NCBI RefSeq assembly: GCF_009931435.1
Contig: NZ_CP043414.1
Reading direction: 5' to 3' (one strand)
Source of the DNA: Escherichia coli
Lineage (GTDB): Bacteria > Pseudomonadota > Gammaproteobacteria > Enterobacterales > Enterobacteriaceae
DNA length: 64,000 nucleotides
A program made the position numbers and the translations under genes. Shown one piece after another: positions 34,991-45,111 of this stretch. A model generated the notes under the pieces. It ran no database searches. It was not told the DNA's origin and was given only the letters and a program-made list of their open reading frames with translations. Within the stretch, counting starts at the first letter, position 1. Each line of letters opens with the position of its first letter.

Positions 34991-36709
34991 ATGCGTACTA
35001 GCCAATACCTGCTCTCCACTCTTAAGGAGACACCTGCCGACGCCGAGGTGATCAGCCATCAGCTGATGTTGCGCGCCGGGATGATCCGCAAGCTGGCCTC
35101 CGGGTTATACACCTGGCTGCCGACCGGCGTGCGCGTTCTGAAAAAAGTCGAAAACATCGTGCGTGAAGAGATGAACAACGCCGGTGCGATCGAGGTGTTA
35201 ATGCCGGTGGTTCAGCCATCTGAACTGTGGCAAGAGAGTGGTCGTTGGGAACAGTATGGCCCGGAATTGCTGCGTATTGCTGACCGTGGTGACCGTCCGT
35301 TCGTACTTGGCCCAACTCATGAAGAAGTGATTACCGACCTGATTCGTAACGAGCTGAGCTCTTACAAACAGCTGCCGCTGAACTTCTATCAGATCCAGAC
35401 CAAGTTCCGTGATGAAGTGCGCCCGCGTTTCGGCGTCATGCGTTCCCGCGAATTCCTGATGAAAGATGCTTACTCTTTCCATACCTCTCAGGAATCCCTG
35501 CAGGAAACCTACGATGCAATGTATGCGGCCTACAGCAAAATCTTCAGCCGCATGGGGCTGGATTTCCGCGCCGTACAGGCCGACACCGGTTCTATCGGCG
35601 GTAGCGCCTCTCACGAATTCCAGGTGCTGGCGCAGAGCGGTGAAGACGATGTGGTCTTCTCCGACACCTCTGACTATGCAGCGAACATTGAGCTGGCAGA
35701 AGCTATCGCGCCGAAAGAACCGCGCGCTGCTGCTACCCAGGAAATGACGCTGGTTGATACGCCGAACGCGAAAACCATCGCGGAACTGGTTGAACAGTTC
35801 AATCTGCCGATTGAGAAAACGGTGAAGACTCTGCTGGTTAAAGCGGTTGAAGGCAGTAGCTTCCCGCTGGTTGCGCTGCTGGTGCGTGGTGACCACGAGC
35901 TGAACGAAGTTAAAGCAGAAAAACTGCCGCAGGTTGCAAGCCCGCTGACTTTCGCGACTGAAGAAGAAATTCGTGCGGTGGTTAAAGCCGGTCCGGGTTC
36001 ACTGGGTCCGGTAAACATGCCGATTCCGGTAGTAATTGACCGTACTGTTGCGGCGATGAGTGATTTTGCTGCTGGTGCTAACATCGATGGCAAACACTAC
36101 TTCGGTATCAACTGGGATCGCGATGTCGCAACCCCGGAAGTTGCGGATATCCGTAACGTAGTGGCTGGCGATCCAAGCCCGGATGGCCAGGGTACGCTGC
36201 TGATCAAACGTGGTATCGAAGTCGGTCACATCTTCCAGCTGGGTACTAAGTACTCCGAAGCACTTAAAGCCTCCGTTCAGGGTGAAGATGGCCGTAATCA
36301 GATCCTGACTATGGGTTGCTACGGTATTGGCGTAACGCGCGTAGTAGCGGCGGCAATTGAACAGAACTACGACGAACGCGGCATCGTATGGCCTGACGCT
36401 ATCGCACCTTTCCAGGTGGCGATTCTGCCGATGAATATGCACAAATCCTTCCGCGTACAGGAGCTGGCTGAGAAACTGTATAGCGAACTGCGCGCACAGG
36501 GTATCGAAGTGCTGCTGGATGATCGCAAAGAACGTCCGGGCGTGATGTTTGCTGATATGGAACTGATCGGTATTCCGCACACTATCGTGTTGGGTGACCG
36601 TAACCTCGACAACGACGATATCGAATACAAATACCGTCGTAACGGTGAGAAACAGTTAATTAAGACCGGTGACATCGTCGATTATCTGGTGAAACAGATT
36701 AAAGGCTGA
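34991..36709 (+). CDS. proS: Proline--tRNA ligase
   Basis: 572 aa from ATG 34991 ([34 protein letters not shown]...); the ORF-track start at 34937 is an upstream in-frame extension. Confidence 0.95.
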   Translation: MRTSQYLLSTLKETPADAEVISHQLMLRAGMIRKLASGLYTWLPTGVRVLKKVENIVREEMNNAGAIEVLMPVVQPSELWQESGRWEQYGPELLRIADRGDRPFVLGPTHEEVITDLIRNELSSYKQLPLNFYQIQTKFRDEVRPRFGVMRSREFLMKDAYSFHTSQESLQETYDAMYAAYSKIFSRMGLDFRAVQADTGSIGGSASHEFQVLAQSGEDDVVFSDTSDYAANIELAEAIAPKEPRAAATQEMTLVDTPNAKTIAELVEQFNLPIEKTVKTLLVKAVEGSSFPLVALLVRGDHELNEVKAEKLPQVASPLTFATEEEIRAVVKAGPGSLGPVNMPIPVVIDRTVAAMSDFAAGANIDGKHYFGINWDRDVATPEVADIRNVVAGDPSPDGQGTLLIKRGIEVGHIFQLGTKYSEALKASVQGEDGRNQILTMGCYGIGVTRVVAAAIEQNYDERGIVWPDAIAPFQVAILPMNMHKSFRVQELAEKLYSELRAQGIEVLLDDRKERPGVMFADMELIGIPHTIVLGDRNLDNDDIEYKYRRNGEKQLIKTGDIVDYLVKQIKG

Positions 36710-36715
36710 TGCCAG

Positions 36716-36746
36716 AAAGGGTCCTGAATTTCAGGACCCTTTTTTA
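36716..36746 (+). terminator. Rho-independent terminator after proS
   Basis: Perfect 9-bp stem GGGTCCTGA / TCAGGACCC with a 3-nt loop followed by T6. Confidence 0.75.
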
Positions 36747-36752
36747 CATGGA

Positions 36753-37586
36753 TTGTATAAAATGGATAAACCAAAGGCGCATTGCCGCCTGCTTCTCCCC
36801 TGCTTTCTTTCACTTTCGGCCTGTACCGTTGATATCAGCCAGCCAGACTCATCAGCCACAGCGGTAGATACCGAGGCAAAAACATGGGCAGTCAAATTCC
36901 AGCATCAAAGCTCTTTCACCGAACAATCAATAAAAGAAATAACAGAACCTGATCTCAAACCCGGCGATTTACTGTTCTCCTCAAGCCTCGGGGTAACCTC
37001 ATTTGGTATCCGCGTCTTCAGCACTTCCTCAGTGAGCCACGTTGCAATCTTTTTGGGAGATAATAACGTTGCAGAAGCGACAGGAGATGGCGTCCAGATT
37101 GTTTCCCTTAAAAAAGCGATGAAGCATAGTGATAAGCTTTTCGTCTTACGAGTCCCGGATCTTACCCCGCAACAAGCCACAGAAATTACCGCGTTTGCCA
37201 ATAAAATCAAAGATAGCGGTTATAACTATCGCGGCATTGTCGAATTTATTCCATTTATGGTGACTCGCCAGATGTGCTCACTGAATCCGTTCTCCGAGGA
37301 TTTTCGCCAACAGTGCGTCAGCGGCCTGGCGAAAGCGCAGTTAAGCAGTGTGAGCGAAGGAGACAAAAAGTCGTGGTTTTGTTCGGAATTTGTCACTGAT
37401 GCATTTGCCAAAGCCGGACATCCGCTTACGCTGGCACAGTCTGGCTGGATTAGCCCTGCCGATCTGATGCATATGCGTACTGGCGATGTCTCTGCGTTTA
37501 AGCCAGAAACGCAATTAGAGTATATTGGGCACTTGAAGCCAGGGATTTATATCAAAGCGGGTCGCTTCGTTGGGTTGACTCAGTGA
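36753..37586 (+). CDS. yaeF: Putative lipoprotein YaeF (NlpC/P60-like)
   Basis: 277 aa with signal peptide and lipobox (LSACT); conserved position after proS. Confidence 0.7.
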   Translation: MYKMDKPKAHCRLLLPCFLSLSACTVDISQPDSSATAVDTEAKTWAVKFQHQSSFTEQSIKEITEPDLKPGDLLFSSSLGVTSFGIRVFSTSSVSHVAIFLGDNNVAEATGDGVQIVSLKKAMKHSDKLFVLRVPDLTPQQATEITAFANKIKDSGYNYRGIVEFIPFMVTRQMCSLNPFSEDFRQQCVSGLAKAQLSSVSEGDKKSWFCSEFVTDAFAKAGHPLTLAQSGWISPADLMHMRTGDVSAFKPETQLEYIGHLKPGIYIKAGRFVGLTQ

Positions 37587-37612
37587 TAAAAGCCAGCCTC
37601 GTCCACAAAATA

Positions 37613-37710
37613 CCGGATGAGGCGTGAGCGCCTTACCCGGCCTACAAAATCGTGCTAATACAAAATGTTGCATTATTGGCTGTAGGCCTGATAAGCGCTG
37701 CGCATCAGGC
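37613..37710. repeat. BIME: two inverted REP elements
   Basis: CCGGATGAGGCGTGAGCGCCTTACCCGGCCTAC and, in opposite orientation, GTAGGCCTGATAAGCGCTGCGCATCAGGC; both resemble the REP consensus; located between convergent yaeF and nlpE. Confidence 0.6.
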
Positions 37711-37741
37711 AATTTTTCGTTTGTTTCTGTCTCACGATGGC

Positions 37742-38452
37742 TTACTGCCCCAAACTACTGCAATCCTGGTGCGGGTAAAATTTACCTGCCGTATCGGGCG
37801 CAAATACTTTGGTCGGCGCACCAGTATCCGGATTAGCCTCAAGCGTAAAGTGACCTTCTACTGACAGTAACACTGGTTTCTCGCTGTTGCCGCGGGCAGC
37901 CAAATAGCCCCGTTCCAGCTCAGCGTTATTCGCTACCATGAAACGTTTTCCGGTCGCACAATCAGTAAAGGTTGCCGCATCAGCCATATAAAAATACATG
38001 CCGCGTAGAGTCATCGGCGTCACTGGCAGGCTGGATTTTGCCGGTTCCAGTGTATAGTTGAACTGCGATTCGATCGGATTGCCTTCACGATCGAGCATCT
38101 CCAACGCATCTCCTTTCGCCCGATAATATGACTTTTCACCTTTACTGTCGGTTAATACCAGTTTGTCAGCGGTTCGCGCCCATGTACCGTAGGAGGCGAA
38201 AGAGGAAGGCTCTTCACGCGCGCCCAGATAACGCTCATTCATCACCCAGGTTCCATCTTTTTCGAGGAACAGAGAGGTTTCGATACCTTCGCAATCAGCA
38301 CACGGCAGCACGCCGCGCCAGCTTTGCGGCATCGGCTTCAGTTCAGCGGCCTGCGCCGGAGAAAGCGTATCGACTTCGGCTCGATTATTACATCCCATCA
38401 GAGTAAAGAGGCTGATTACAGCCATCGCTGTCACTATCGCTTTTTTCACCAT
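37742..38452 (-). CDS. nlpE: Envelope stress-sensing lipoprotein NlpE (CutF)
   Basis: 236 aa; lipobox LMGC; CXXC motif (CADCEG); matches NlpE. Confidence 0.85.
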   Translation of the reverse strand: MVKKAIVTAMAVISLFTLMGCNNRAEVDTLSPAQAAELKPMPQSWRGVLPCADCEGIETSLFLEKDGTWVMNERYLGAREEPSSFASYGTWARTADKLVLTDSKGEKSYYRAKGDALEMLDREGNPIESQFNYTLEPAKSSLPVTPMTLRGMYFYMADAATFTDCATGKRFMVANNAELERGYLAARGNSEKPVLLSVEGHFTLEANPDTGAPTKVFAPDTAGKFYPHQDCSSLGQ

Positions 38453-38465
38453 CCATTCCTTCTTT

Positions 38466-38888
38466 TTATTCCCGACCGCCGCGCACTTTGCCGCGCAACG
38501 CCTTCACGCTTGATTTTTGTGCTTTCGATACCAGCCTGCGCTCTTTTGATGCGCGGGTAGGTCGTGTCGGTCGCCGGTTTTTTTGTTCTGTTGTTAATTC
38601 TTTAATCACTGCCACCAGCCGAGCCAGCGCCGCTTCGCGGTTCAGTTCCTGGCTGCGGTATTCCTGTGCCTTGATGACTATCACTCCATCGCTGCTAATC
38701 AGATGATGGCTGGCAGCGAGCAGGCGCTCTTTGTAATACTCTGGCAGGCTGGACGCTCGAATGTCAAAACGCAGATGAATAGCCGTTGAGGTCTTATTAA
38801 CATGCTGTCCGCCCGCGCCCTGTGCACGAATAGCAGTGATCTCAAACTCGCCATCGGGGATAGCAACATGTCGGGAAATCATAATCAT
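38466..38888 (-). CDS. arfB: Alternative ribosome-rescue factor ArfB (peptidyl-tRNA hydrolase YaeJ)
   Basis: 140 aa with GGQ motif ([12 protein letters not shown]) and a basic C-terminal tail. Confidence 0.9.
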   Translation of the reverse strand: MIMISRHVAIPDGEFEITAIRAQGAGGQHVNKTSTAIHLRFDIRASSLPEYYKERLLAASHHLISSDGVIVIKAQEYRSQELNREAALARLVAVIKELTTEQKNRRPTRPTRASKERRLVSKAQKSSVKALRGKVRGGRE

Positions 38889-39430
38889 GAAGGTTGTTGC
38901 CAGGCGATTAAATTTACTTCCAGATTATTCTTATCATCCGATAACCAAATCACCCCATCCTGAATCGTTGCCTGCAGCGTCATGGTACGATCGGCAAAGG
39001 CGCTCACTTTTGCCAGTTGCTCGTCGTCCAGATACCAGACAGAAAGATTGGCAAACTGCGCACATTTGCTCTGATTTTGCTGCCACCAGATTTGCGCCGC
39101 CCGACTATTATAGGCAAACAGCGCCACTTCTGCGGCCTGGGTGCAGGCTTTCTTAATCCGCCGCTCATCCGGCAGCCCCAGTTCAATCCACAAATCAATG
39201 CCCAGATGATCATTACGCAGCCACGCTTCCGGCTCATCATCGGCACACAAACCTCGGGTAAATTGCAGACGTTCATCAGCATATTTCAGCCACGCCAGCA
39301 GGCGCAGCATCATGCGCTCCTGGGTTTCTGAAGGATGGCGCGCCAGCGTCAGAGAGGCATCGAGAAACTGGTTGCGGTCGAGATCGGCCACATTAACCGT
39401 CGCTTTATAAATTGTCGCTTTAAGCGCCAT
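38885..39430 (-). CDS. yaeQ: YaeQ family protein
   Basis: 181 aa; conserved backbone position; 4-nt overlap with the arfB start. Confidence 0.8.
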   Translation of the reverse strand: MALKATIYKATVNVADLDRNQFLDASLTLARHPSETQERMMLRLLAWLKYADERLQFTRGLCADDEPEAWLRNDHLGIDLWIELGLPDERRIKKACTQAAEVALFAYNSRAAQIWWQQNQSKCAQFANLSVWYLDDEQLAKVSAFADRTMTLQATIQDGVIWLSDDKNNLEVNLIAWQQPS

Positions 39431-39595
39431 AAGAAAACTCCTTTCGAATCAGGAGGCCATTGTAACGGAATACATGCAGTTGCGGCGCTGATATTGCAGA
39501 AATGAGTGTGGTATAGTCACCTTGCGAAACAGAGTTTATCTTCGTAGGCTTAGACTTGCATCCACGGTTAAGTCAGAGTGCTGACAGGAGGGCAT

Positions 39596-39796
39596 GTGGA
39601 AAAATATTGTGAGTTAATACGCAAGCGGTACGCGGAAATCGCCAGCGGAGACTTAGGATACGTTCCGGACGCGCTGGGCTGCGTTTTGAAAGTGCTGAAT
39701 GAAATGGCTGCCGACGATGCCCTTTCTGAGGCTGTCAGGGAAAAAGCAGCATACGCTGCGGCAAACTTACTGGTGAGCGATTATGTCAATGAATGA
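39596..39796 (+). CDS. yaeP: UPF0253 family small protein YaeP
   Basis: 66 aa from GTG 39596 ([28 protein letters not shown]...), preceded by AGGAGG at 39586-39591. Confidence 0.75.
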
Positions 39797-40043
39797 TACG
39801 TATCAACCAATCAATTGTGATGATTACGATAATCTTGAGCTCGCCTGCCAGCATCATTTAATGCTGACACTTGAGCTGAAAGATGGCGAAAAACTGCAGG
39901 GGAAGGCCAGCGATTTAGTCTCCCGCAAAAATGTGGAATATCTGGTCGTTGAAGCTGCTGGCGAAACCCGCGAGCTACGCCTGGATAAAATTACCAGCTT
40001 TAGCCACCCGGAAATTGGTACGGTGGTGGTGAGCGAGTCCTGA
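39789..40043 (+). CDS. rof: Rho-binding anti-terminator Rof (YaeO)
   Basis: 84 aa ([21 protein letters not shown]...); 8-nt overlap with the yaeP 3' end. Confidence 0.8.
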
Positions 40044-40052
40044 TTGACTTTC

Positions 40053-40085
40053 GCCGGATGCGACGTTTGAAGCGTCTTATCCGGC
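40053..40085. repeat. REP element between convergent rof and tilS
   Basis: GCCGGATGCGACG...CGTCTTATCCGGC palindromic REP-like sequence. Confidence 0.5.
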
Positions 40086-40091
40086 TTTCAC

Positions 40092-41390
40092 TTAACTAAG
40101 CGTTTTCTTCCAGACAAAACTTACGCCATTCTCACCTTCGGCCACACCTTCTTGCGTCACAAATACCTCTGCCGCTGCAATCAGCGTTTCGCCATAAAAC
40201 AGCAGTGGCGTGGTGTCACGCAGCCACGGCGGTACGCCCAGTTCCTGCCAGATTTTCTTTAGCTTACGTCCGCCGTTGCGGCCGACAATATGCAGCAATC
40301 CTGGCGCTTTGAAACGCACGCTGACCGCTTCGTCTGCACGCGGAGGGCGAATATCGCCTCCCGCAGTAAGTTGTACACTTCCCAGCGCCGCCGGTAATTC
40401 CAGCGGTTGTAGCCACGTCTGCCACGGCACAATGGTTTCGCTTTGCCCAGTGACGGATTTAATCCACCACAGTTGCGACTGATAGCGGCGGATTTCAAAC
40501 GCACCCAAACGTAAACAGGGGGAAGCATCTTCTCGCGCCAGCGCCACTTCCTGCCAGATCCTCACCAACGCGTCGCGGGAAGGCATCGGTGCATTCTGCC
40601 CTGCCAGCCAGCGGCGGATAATCGCCGCGCGACGGGCATCACTCATCGCCAGCATTGGCGCAATCTGCAGCGTCCCCTGCGGCGTTTGACAGTGTGCTAA
40701 ATCATCTGCCAGCAGTTCATCCAGCAGGCTCTCTTGCTCAGCACAAAGTGCAGCGCTGCGGGCCGTTGCTTCGGCAAAATGCGGCCAACGCTGCTGCAAT
40801 AACGGCACTACGCGCAGGCGCAGGAAGTTACGATCGTATGAGTCGTCCTGATTACTTTCGTCTTCAATCCAACGTAAACCATGCGCCAACGCCCACTGCT
40901 CCAGTTCTCCCCGTGTGCGGGCGAGCAACGGGCGGATCAGCCGCGTTCCGGCAAACTCCGAGACTTCCGCCATAGCCGAAAGCCCTGCAGGGCCGCTACC
41001 ACGTTTTAACGCCAGCAGAAACGTTTCACATTGATCGTCGAGATGTTGCGCTGTAACCAGCACTTCACCAGGTAACAGGGTACGAGCAAATGCCTGATAA
41101 CGTGCCTGCCGCGCCTGCGCCTCAATACCTAGCCCCTCTTGCGCAAGTTGCACACGCTCAACCACCAGCGGCACCTGCCACTGCTGGCAGATATTTTCAC
41201 AATGTTTCACCCAAGCATCAGCGTTGGCACTTAAACCGTGATGCACATGAATAGCGCGCAGGGTGACGCCCGGATTTTCCGTCCGCCACTGCACCAACTG
41301 ATGCAGCAGAACGGTGGAGTCAAGCCCGCCGCTAAAGGCCACCAGAATCTGGCGTGAGATGAGAAGTTGTCTATTGAGCGTGAGTGTCAT
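40092..41390 (-). CDS. tilS: tRNA(Ile)-lysidine synthetase
   Basis: 432 aa; PP-loop ATPase motif SGGLDS near the N-terminus. Confidence 0.9.
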   Translation of the reverse strand: MTLTLNRQLLISRQILVAFSGGLDSTVLLHQLVQWRTENPGVTLRAIHVHHGLSANADAWVKHCENICQQWQVPLVVERVQLAQEGLGIEAQARQARYQAFARTLLPGEVLVTAQHLDDQCETFLLALKRGSGPAGLSAMAEVSEFAGTRLIRPLLARTRGELEQWALAHGLRWIEDESNQDDSYDRNFLRLRVVPLLQQRWPHFAEATARSAALCAEQESLLDELLADDLAHCQTPQGTLQIAPMLAMSDARRAAIIRRWLAGQNAPMPSRDALVRIWQEVALAREDASPCLRLGAFEIRRYQSQLWWIKSVTGQSETIVPWQTWLQPLELPAALGSVQLTAGGDIRPPRADEAVSVRFKAPGLLHIVGRNGGRKLKKIWQELGVPPWLRDTTPLLFYGETLIAAAEVFVTQEGVAEGENGVSFVWKKTLS

Positions 41391-41454
41391 GATGGTGCGA
41401 TTTTACAGTAGCAATGCCCGGCACGTTACCGGGCAAATGTGGCGATGACAAGCC

Positions 41455-41844
41455 TTACTGCTCATACAGTTCCAGCGGCAGCCCGTCAGGATCGTTAAAG
41501 AACGTGAAGCGTTTTTGCGTATACGGGTCGACACGTATGGCTTCACATTTCACGTTATGGCTTTCAAGATGCGCCACTGCCGCATCGATATCATCAACGC
41601 TAAAAGCCAGATGACGCAGGCCGCAAGCTTCCGGTCGGCTGGGGCGCTCCGGCGGGAACGGAAATGAGAAAAGCTCAATCACATATTGCCCATTAAGCGC
41701 CAAATCCCCTTTCCACGAATCGCGCGCTTCGCGATAGACTTCGCTTTGCAGCGTGAAACCGAGAATATCGCAGTAGAAAGCTTTGCTCACCGCATAATCC
41801 GTCGCAATAATCGCAATATGATGAACTTGTTTTAAACCCAGCAT
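41455..41844 (-). CDS. yaeR: Glyoxalase/VOC-family protein YaeR
   Basis: About 129 aa from the second in-frame ATG (MLGLKQVHHIAIIATDY...). Confidence 0.8.
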   Translation of the reverse strand: MLGLKQVHHIAIIATDYAVSKAFYCDILGFTLQSEVYREARDSWKGDLALNGQYVIELFSFPFPPERPSRPEACGLRHLAFSVDDIDAAVAHLESHNVKCEAIRVDPYTQKRFTFFNDPDGLPLELYEQ

Positions 41845-41900
41845 AACGTCTCCTTTATTTGTTAACAGCACGTTACTCGCCCGGAAGCCGCTCTGGCAAG

Positions 41901-44042
41901 TTATCCCGCCATTTTTAGGACTCGTACGCGGTAAACGCCATCTTCGTCCTGTTTCGCGCCGTGAATATCCGTTTCAAAGCCGGGGTAGCGCTGACCCACC
42001 GAACAGAGCATCAGCAGAAAATCGAGTACCGTGCGGCTCTCCTCGGTCAGCATTTCTCCTGGCATCAGTAGCGGTACGCCAGGCGGATAAGGCAGGATCA
42101 TATTTGCCGATACTCTACCGACCAGTTGTTCCAGCGCAATGGTTTCTACTTCACCTTTAATCTGTCGTTGCCAGGCCTGATGTGGCGTCATGATCATCTC
42201 CGGCAAAGTATCAAATGCCCGCAACATCAAACCGGGAAGATCGTGTTTACGAATCAGCTCATGGATCCCTTGCGCGAGATCCTGAATACGCATATTGCGA
42301 TAAAAATCGGGATCTTCTGCATAGAGATCGGGCAGCATATTTTTGATCCGCAGGTTGAGATCGTAAGAGCGCTTAAATTCCGTCAACCCACGCAATAATC
42401 CCATTGCTTTGGTTTTATCGATGCCAATACTAAAGAGAAACAGCAGGTTATAAGGGCCGGTTTTCTCTACTACGATCCCACGTTCGTCGAGGAATTTTGC
42501 CACCAGCGCCGCCGGGATCCCCTCATCGCTCATATTGCCCTGCTCGTCCATCCCCGGTGTCAAAATAGTGACTTTAACCGGATCGAGAAACATATGATCG
42601 GCATCCGCATCGTTAAAGCCGTGCCACTGTTCGCCAGGCGCAACGGGCCAGCATTCGGCTTCATCCACCTGCGGCGGTTGCCAGATATCGAAAAACCAGC
42701 CGTCAGACTCTTCCCGCAGCCGCTGGACCTCTTTGCGAAAATGCAGCGCTCGTTCTACTGAACGGTTAATCAGCCGTTTGCCCGGATTACCACGCAGCAT
42801 CGCCGCCGCTGTCTCAACCGAAGCAACAATGGGATAACTGGGCGAGGTGGTGGTATGCATCATAAAGGCTTCATTAAACGCCTCTTCGTCGTACTCACCT
42901 TTAATGTGGATCAGTGATGCCTGCGACAACGCCGCCAGCATTTTGTGGGTTGATTGCGTTTCGAAGAAAACTTTTCCTGCCATCCGATCGCCACTCATAC
43001 CACTTTTGCCCTGATAGATCGGATGAAAATGAGTATACGGGACCCAGGCGGAATCGAAGTGGATCGAGGGGACATCCAGCGTCTGTTTGATCCAGTCGGT
43101 GTTGTAGAGCAAGCCATCATAGGTTGAGTTGGTGATCACCGCATGAACCGGCCATTGTGCCTGCGTGGTAGCAGCGACTTTCTCTTCGATACTGTCGCGG
43201 GTAAATTCTCGTCGCGGGATCCCGCCCAGAATCCCCAACGCATTACGTGTTGGTTTTAGCCAGACCGGCACTACATCGTTCATCATCAACAGATGCGCCA
43301 GCGATTTATGACAATTGCGGTCAATTAACAGCGTACTGCCGGATGGCGCGGCGTACATACCCACAATTTTGTTCGACGTCGATGTTCCGTTGGTGACGAT
43401 ATAACTCTGTTCCGCGCCGAAAGTCCGTGCGATGTACTCTTCCGCTTCCAGATGTGGCCCGGTGTGGTCGAGCAACGAACCTAGCTCGGTTACCGAAATA
43501 GAGACGTCCGCCTTGAGGGTATTCCCGCCGAAAAAATCATAAAACAGACAGCCTACCGGGCTTTTCTGATACGCGGTGCCACCCATATGCCCCGGCGTAC
43601 AAAAGGTGTACTTCCGCTCTTTAACATAGGTAAACAAGGCTTTCGTGAACGGCGGGGTAATGTTATCGAGATATTCGTTGGTGTACTGACGAATACGAAT
43701 GGCGATATCTTCTGCCTGCCCCAACGCATATTCAAAGAACCAGAGCGCCATCCGCATATCCTGCACGCTGACATCCATCGTCGAGTGAGTATTGATGAAG
43801 GCATAAAGCGGGAGATATTCATTAAGTTGATTGATATCGCTACATAAATCGAGACTGTATTCATCCCAGTCAAAAATCACGCCGCATATTCGTGAGTTGT
43901 GTTCGATAAATTTCAGCAAATCAACGCTGTTTTGTGGCCAGATAATCTGAAAACCTTGCGCCACCAGCGCCGACTCCAGTTCTTTGATGGGCTCATCTTT
44001 ATAAAAGACGCCATGCGGTCCCATAATGGCAATGATATTCAT
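41901..44042 (-). CDS. ldcC: Constitutive lysine decarboxylase
   Basis: 713 aa, MNIIAIMGPHGVFYKDEPIKEL...; PLP-dependent Orn/Lys/Arg decarboxylase fold with a candidate PLP-lysine in STHKML. Confidence 0.9.
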   Translation of the reverse strand: MNIIAIMGPHGVFYKDEPIKELESALVAQGFQIIWPQNSVDLLKFIEHNSRICGVIFDWDEYSLDLCSDINQLNEYLPLYAFINTHSTMDVSVQDMRMALWFFEYALGQAEDIAIRIRQYTNEYLDNITPPFTKALFTYVKERKYTFCTPGHMGGTAYQKSPVGCLFYDFFGGNTLKADVSISVTELGSLLDHTGPHLEAEEYIARTFGAEQSYIVTNGTSTSNKIVGMYAAPSGSTLLIDRNCHKSLAHLLMMNDVVPVWLKPTRNALGILGGIPRREFTRDSIEEKVAATTQAQWPVHAVITNSTYDGLLYNTDWIKQTLDVPSIHFDSAWVPYTHFHPIYQGKSGMSGDRMAGKVFFETQSTHKMLAALSQASLIHIKGEYDEEAFNEAFMMHTTTSPSYPIVASVETAAAMLRGNPGKRLINRSVERALHFRKEVQRLREESDGWFFDIWQPPQVDEAECWPVAPGEQWHGFNDADADHMFLDPVKVTILTPGMDEQGNMSDEGIPAALVAKFLDERGIVVEKTGPYNLLFLFSIGIDKTKAMGLLRGLTEFKRSYDLNLRIKNMLPDLYAEDPDFYRNMRIQDLAQGIHELIRKHDLPGLMLRAFDTLPEMIMTPHQAWQRQIKGEVETIALEQLVGRVSANMILPYPPGVPLLMPGEMLTEESRTVLDFLLMLCSVGQRYPGFETDIHGAKQDEDGVYRVRVLKMAG

Positions 44043-44094
44043 GTGTTCCTCCTGGAAAATCCTTCCTTAATCATAGCCCGCTCAAACCATGGCG

Positions 44095-44121
44095 ATAAAA
44101 AAGGGCCACCGAAGTGACCCT
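44095..44121 (-). terminator. Probable rho-independent terminator after accA
   Basis: On the minus strand: imperfect hairpin (AGGGTCAC-TTCG-GTGGCCCT with one G-U pair) followed by T6. Confidence 0.45.
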
Positions 44122-44139
44122 TTTCAGAACATTTGCTGA

Positions 44140-45099
44140 TTACGCGTAGCCGTAGCTCATCAGGCGCTGATAACGACGATTTTTTAAATCTTCAGTGCTT
44201 AACACGTCGAGATCGGCCAGATCCGCCAGCAGCTGCGCTTTCAGAGACGCCGCCATCGCTTCCGGGTTACGGTGAGCACCACCCAGCGGTTCCGGGATGA
44301 TGGAGTCGATCAGTTTCAGTTCTTTCAAACGCGGAGCGATGATCCCCATCGCTTCAGCCGCCAGCGGCGCTTTGTCGGCGCTCTTCCACAGAATGGACGC
44401 ACAACCTTCCGGCGAGATAACAGAATAGGTGCTGTATTGCAGCATATTCACTTTATCGCCCACGCCAATCGCCAGCGCGCCGCCAGAACCACCTTCACCG
44501 ATAACGGTGCAGATAGTCGGTACGCTAAGGCGAGACATTTCACGCAGGTTGCGTGCAATGGCTTCAGACTGACCGCGTTCTTCTGCGCCCACGCCCGGAT
44601 AAGCCCCCGGGGTGTCGATAAAGGTGATGATTGGCATCTTAAAGCGTTCAGCCATTTGCATCAGACGCAGTGCTTTGCGGTAACCTTCTGGCGCTGGCAT
44701 ACCAAAGTTACGGCGAATTTTTTCTTTGGTTTCACGACCTTTTTGATGACCAATGATCATCACCGGACGACCATCGAGACGGGCGATACCACCGACGATA
44801 GCTTTATCGTCTGCATACGCGCGGTCGCCAGCCAGTTCGTCAAATTCATCAAAGGCCAGGCGAACGTAATCCAGGGTATAAGGACGCTGTGGATGGCGTG
44901 CCAGTTGCGCAATCTGCCATGCACCGAGATCGGCGAAGATTTTACGCGTCAGTTCTACGCTTTTTTCACGCAGACGATGCACTTCTTCATCGATATTAAT
45001 ATCCAGTTTCTCATCCTGGCGGCTAACCGCAGTCAGAGAATCGATTTTCGCTTCCAGCTCTGCAATCGGCTGTTCAAAATCAAGGAAATTCAGACTCAT
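44140..45099 (-). CDS. accA: Acetyl-CoA carboxylase carboxyltransferase alpha subunit
   Basis: 319 aa, [22 protein letters not shown]...; matches AccA. Confidence 0.95.
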
Positions 45100-45111
45100 A
45101 GTATTCCTGTA

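Noticed and set aside
35198-36580. 232-aa and 193-aa minus-strand ORFs inside proS
   Set aside because: Antisense to proS, whose translation matches prolyl-tRNA synthetase end to end.
41391-41454. Inverted repeat GCCCGG-CACGTTA-CCGGGC between tilS and yaeR, considered as a terminator
   Set aside because: No T-run follows on either strand, so it is not a convincing intrinsic terminator.
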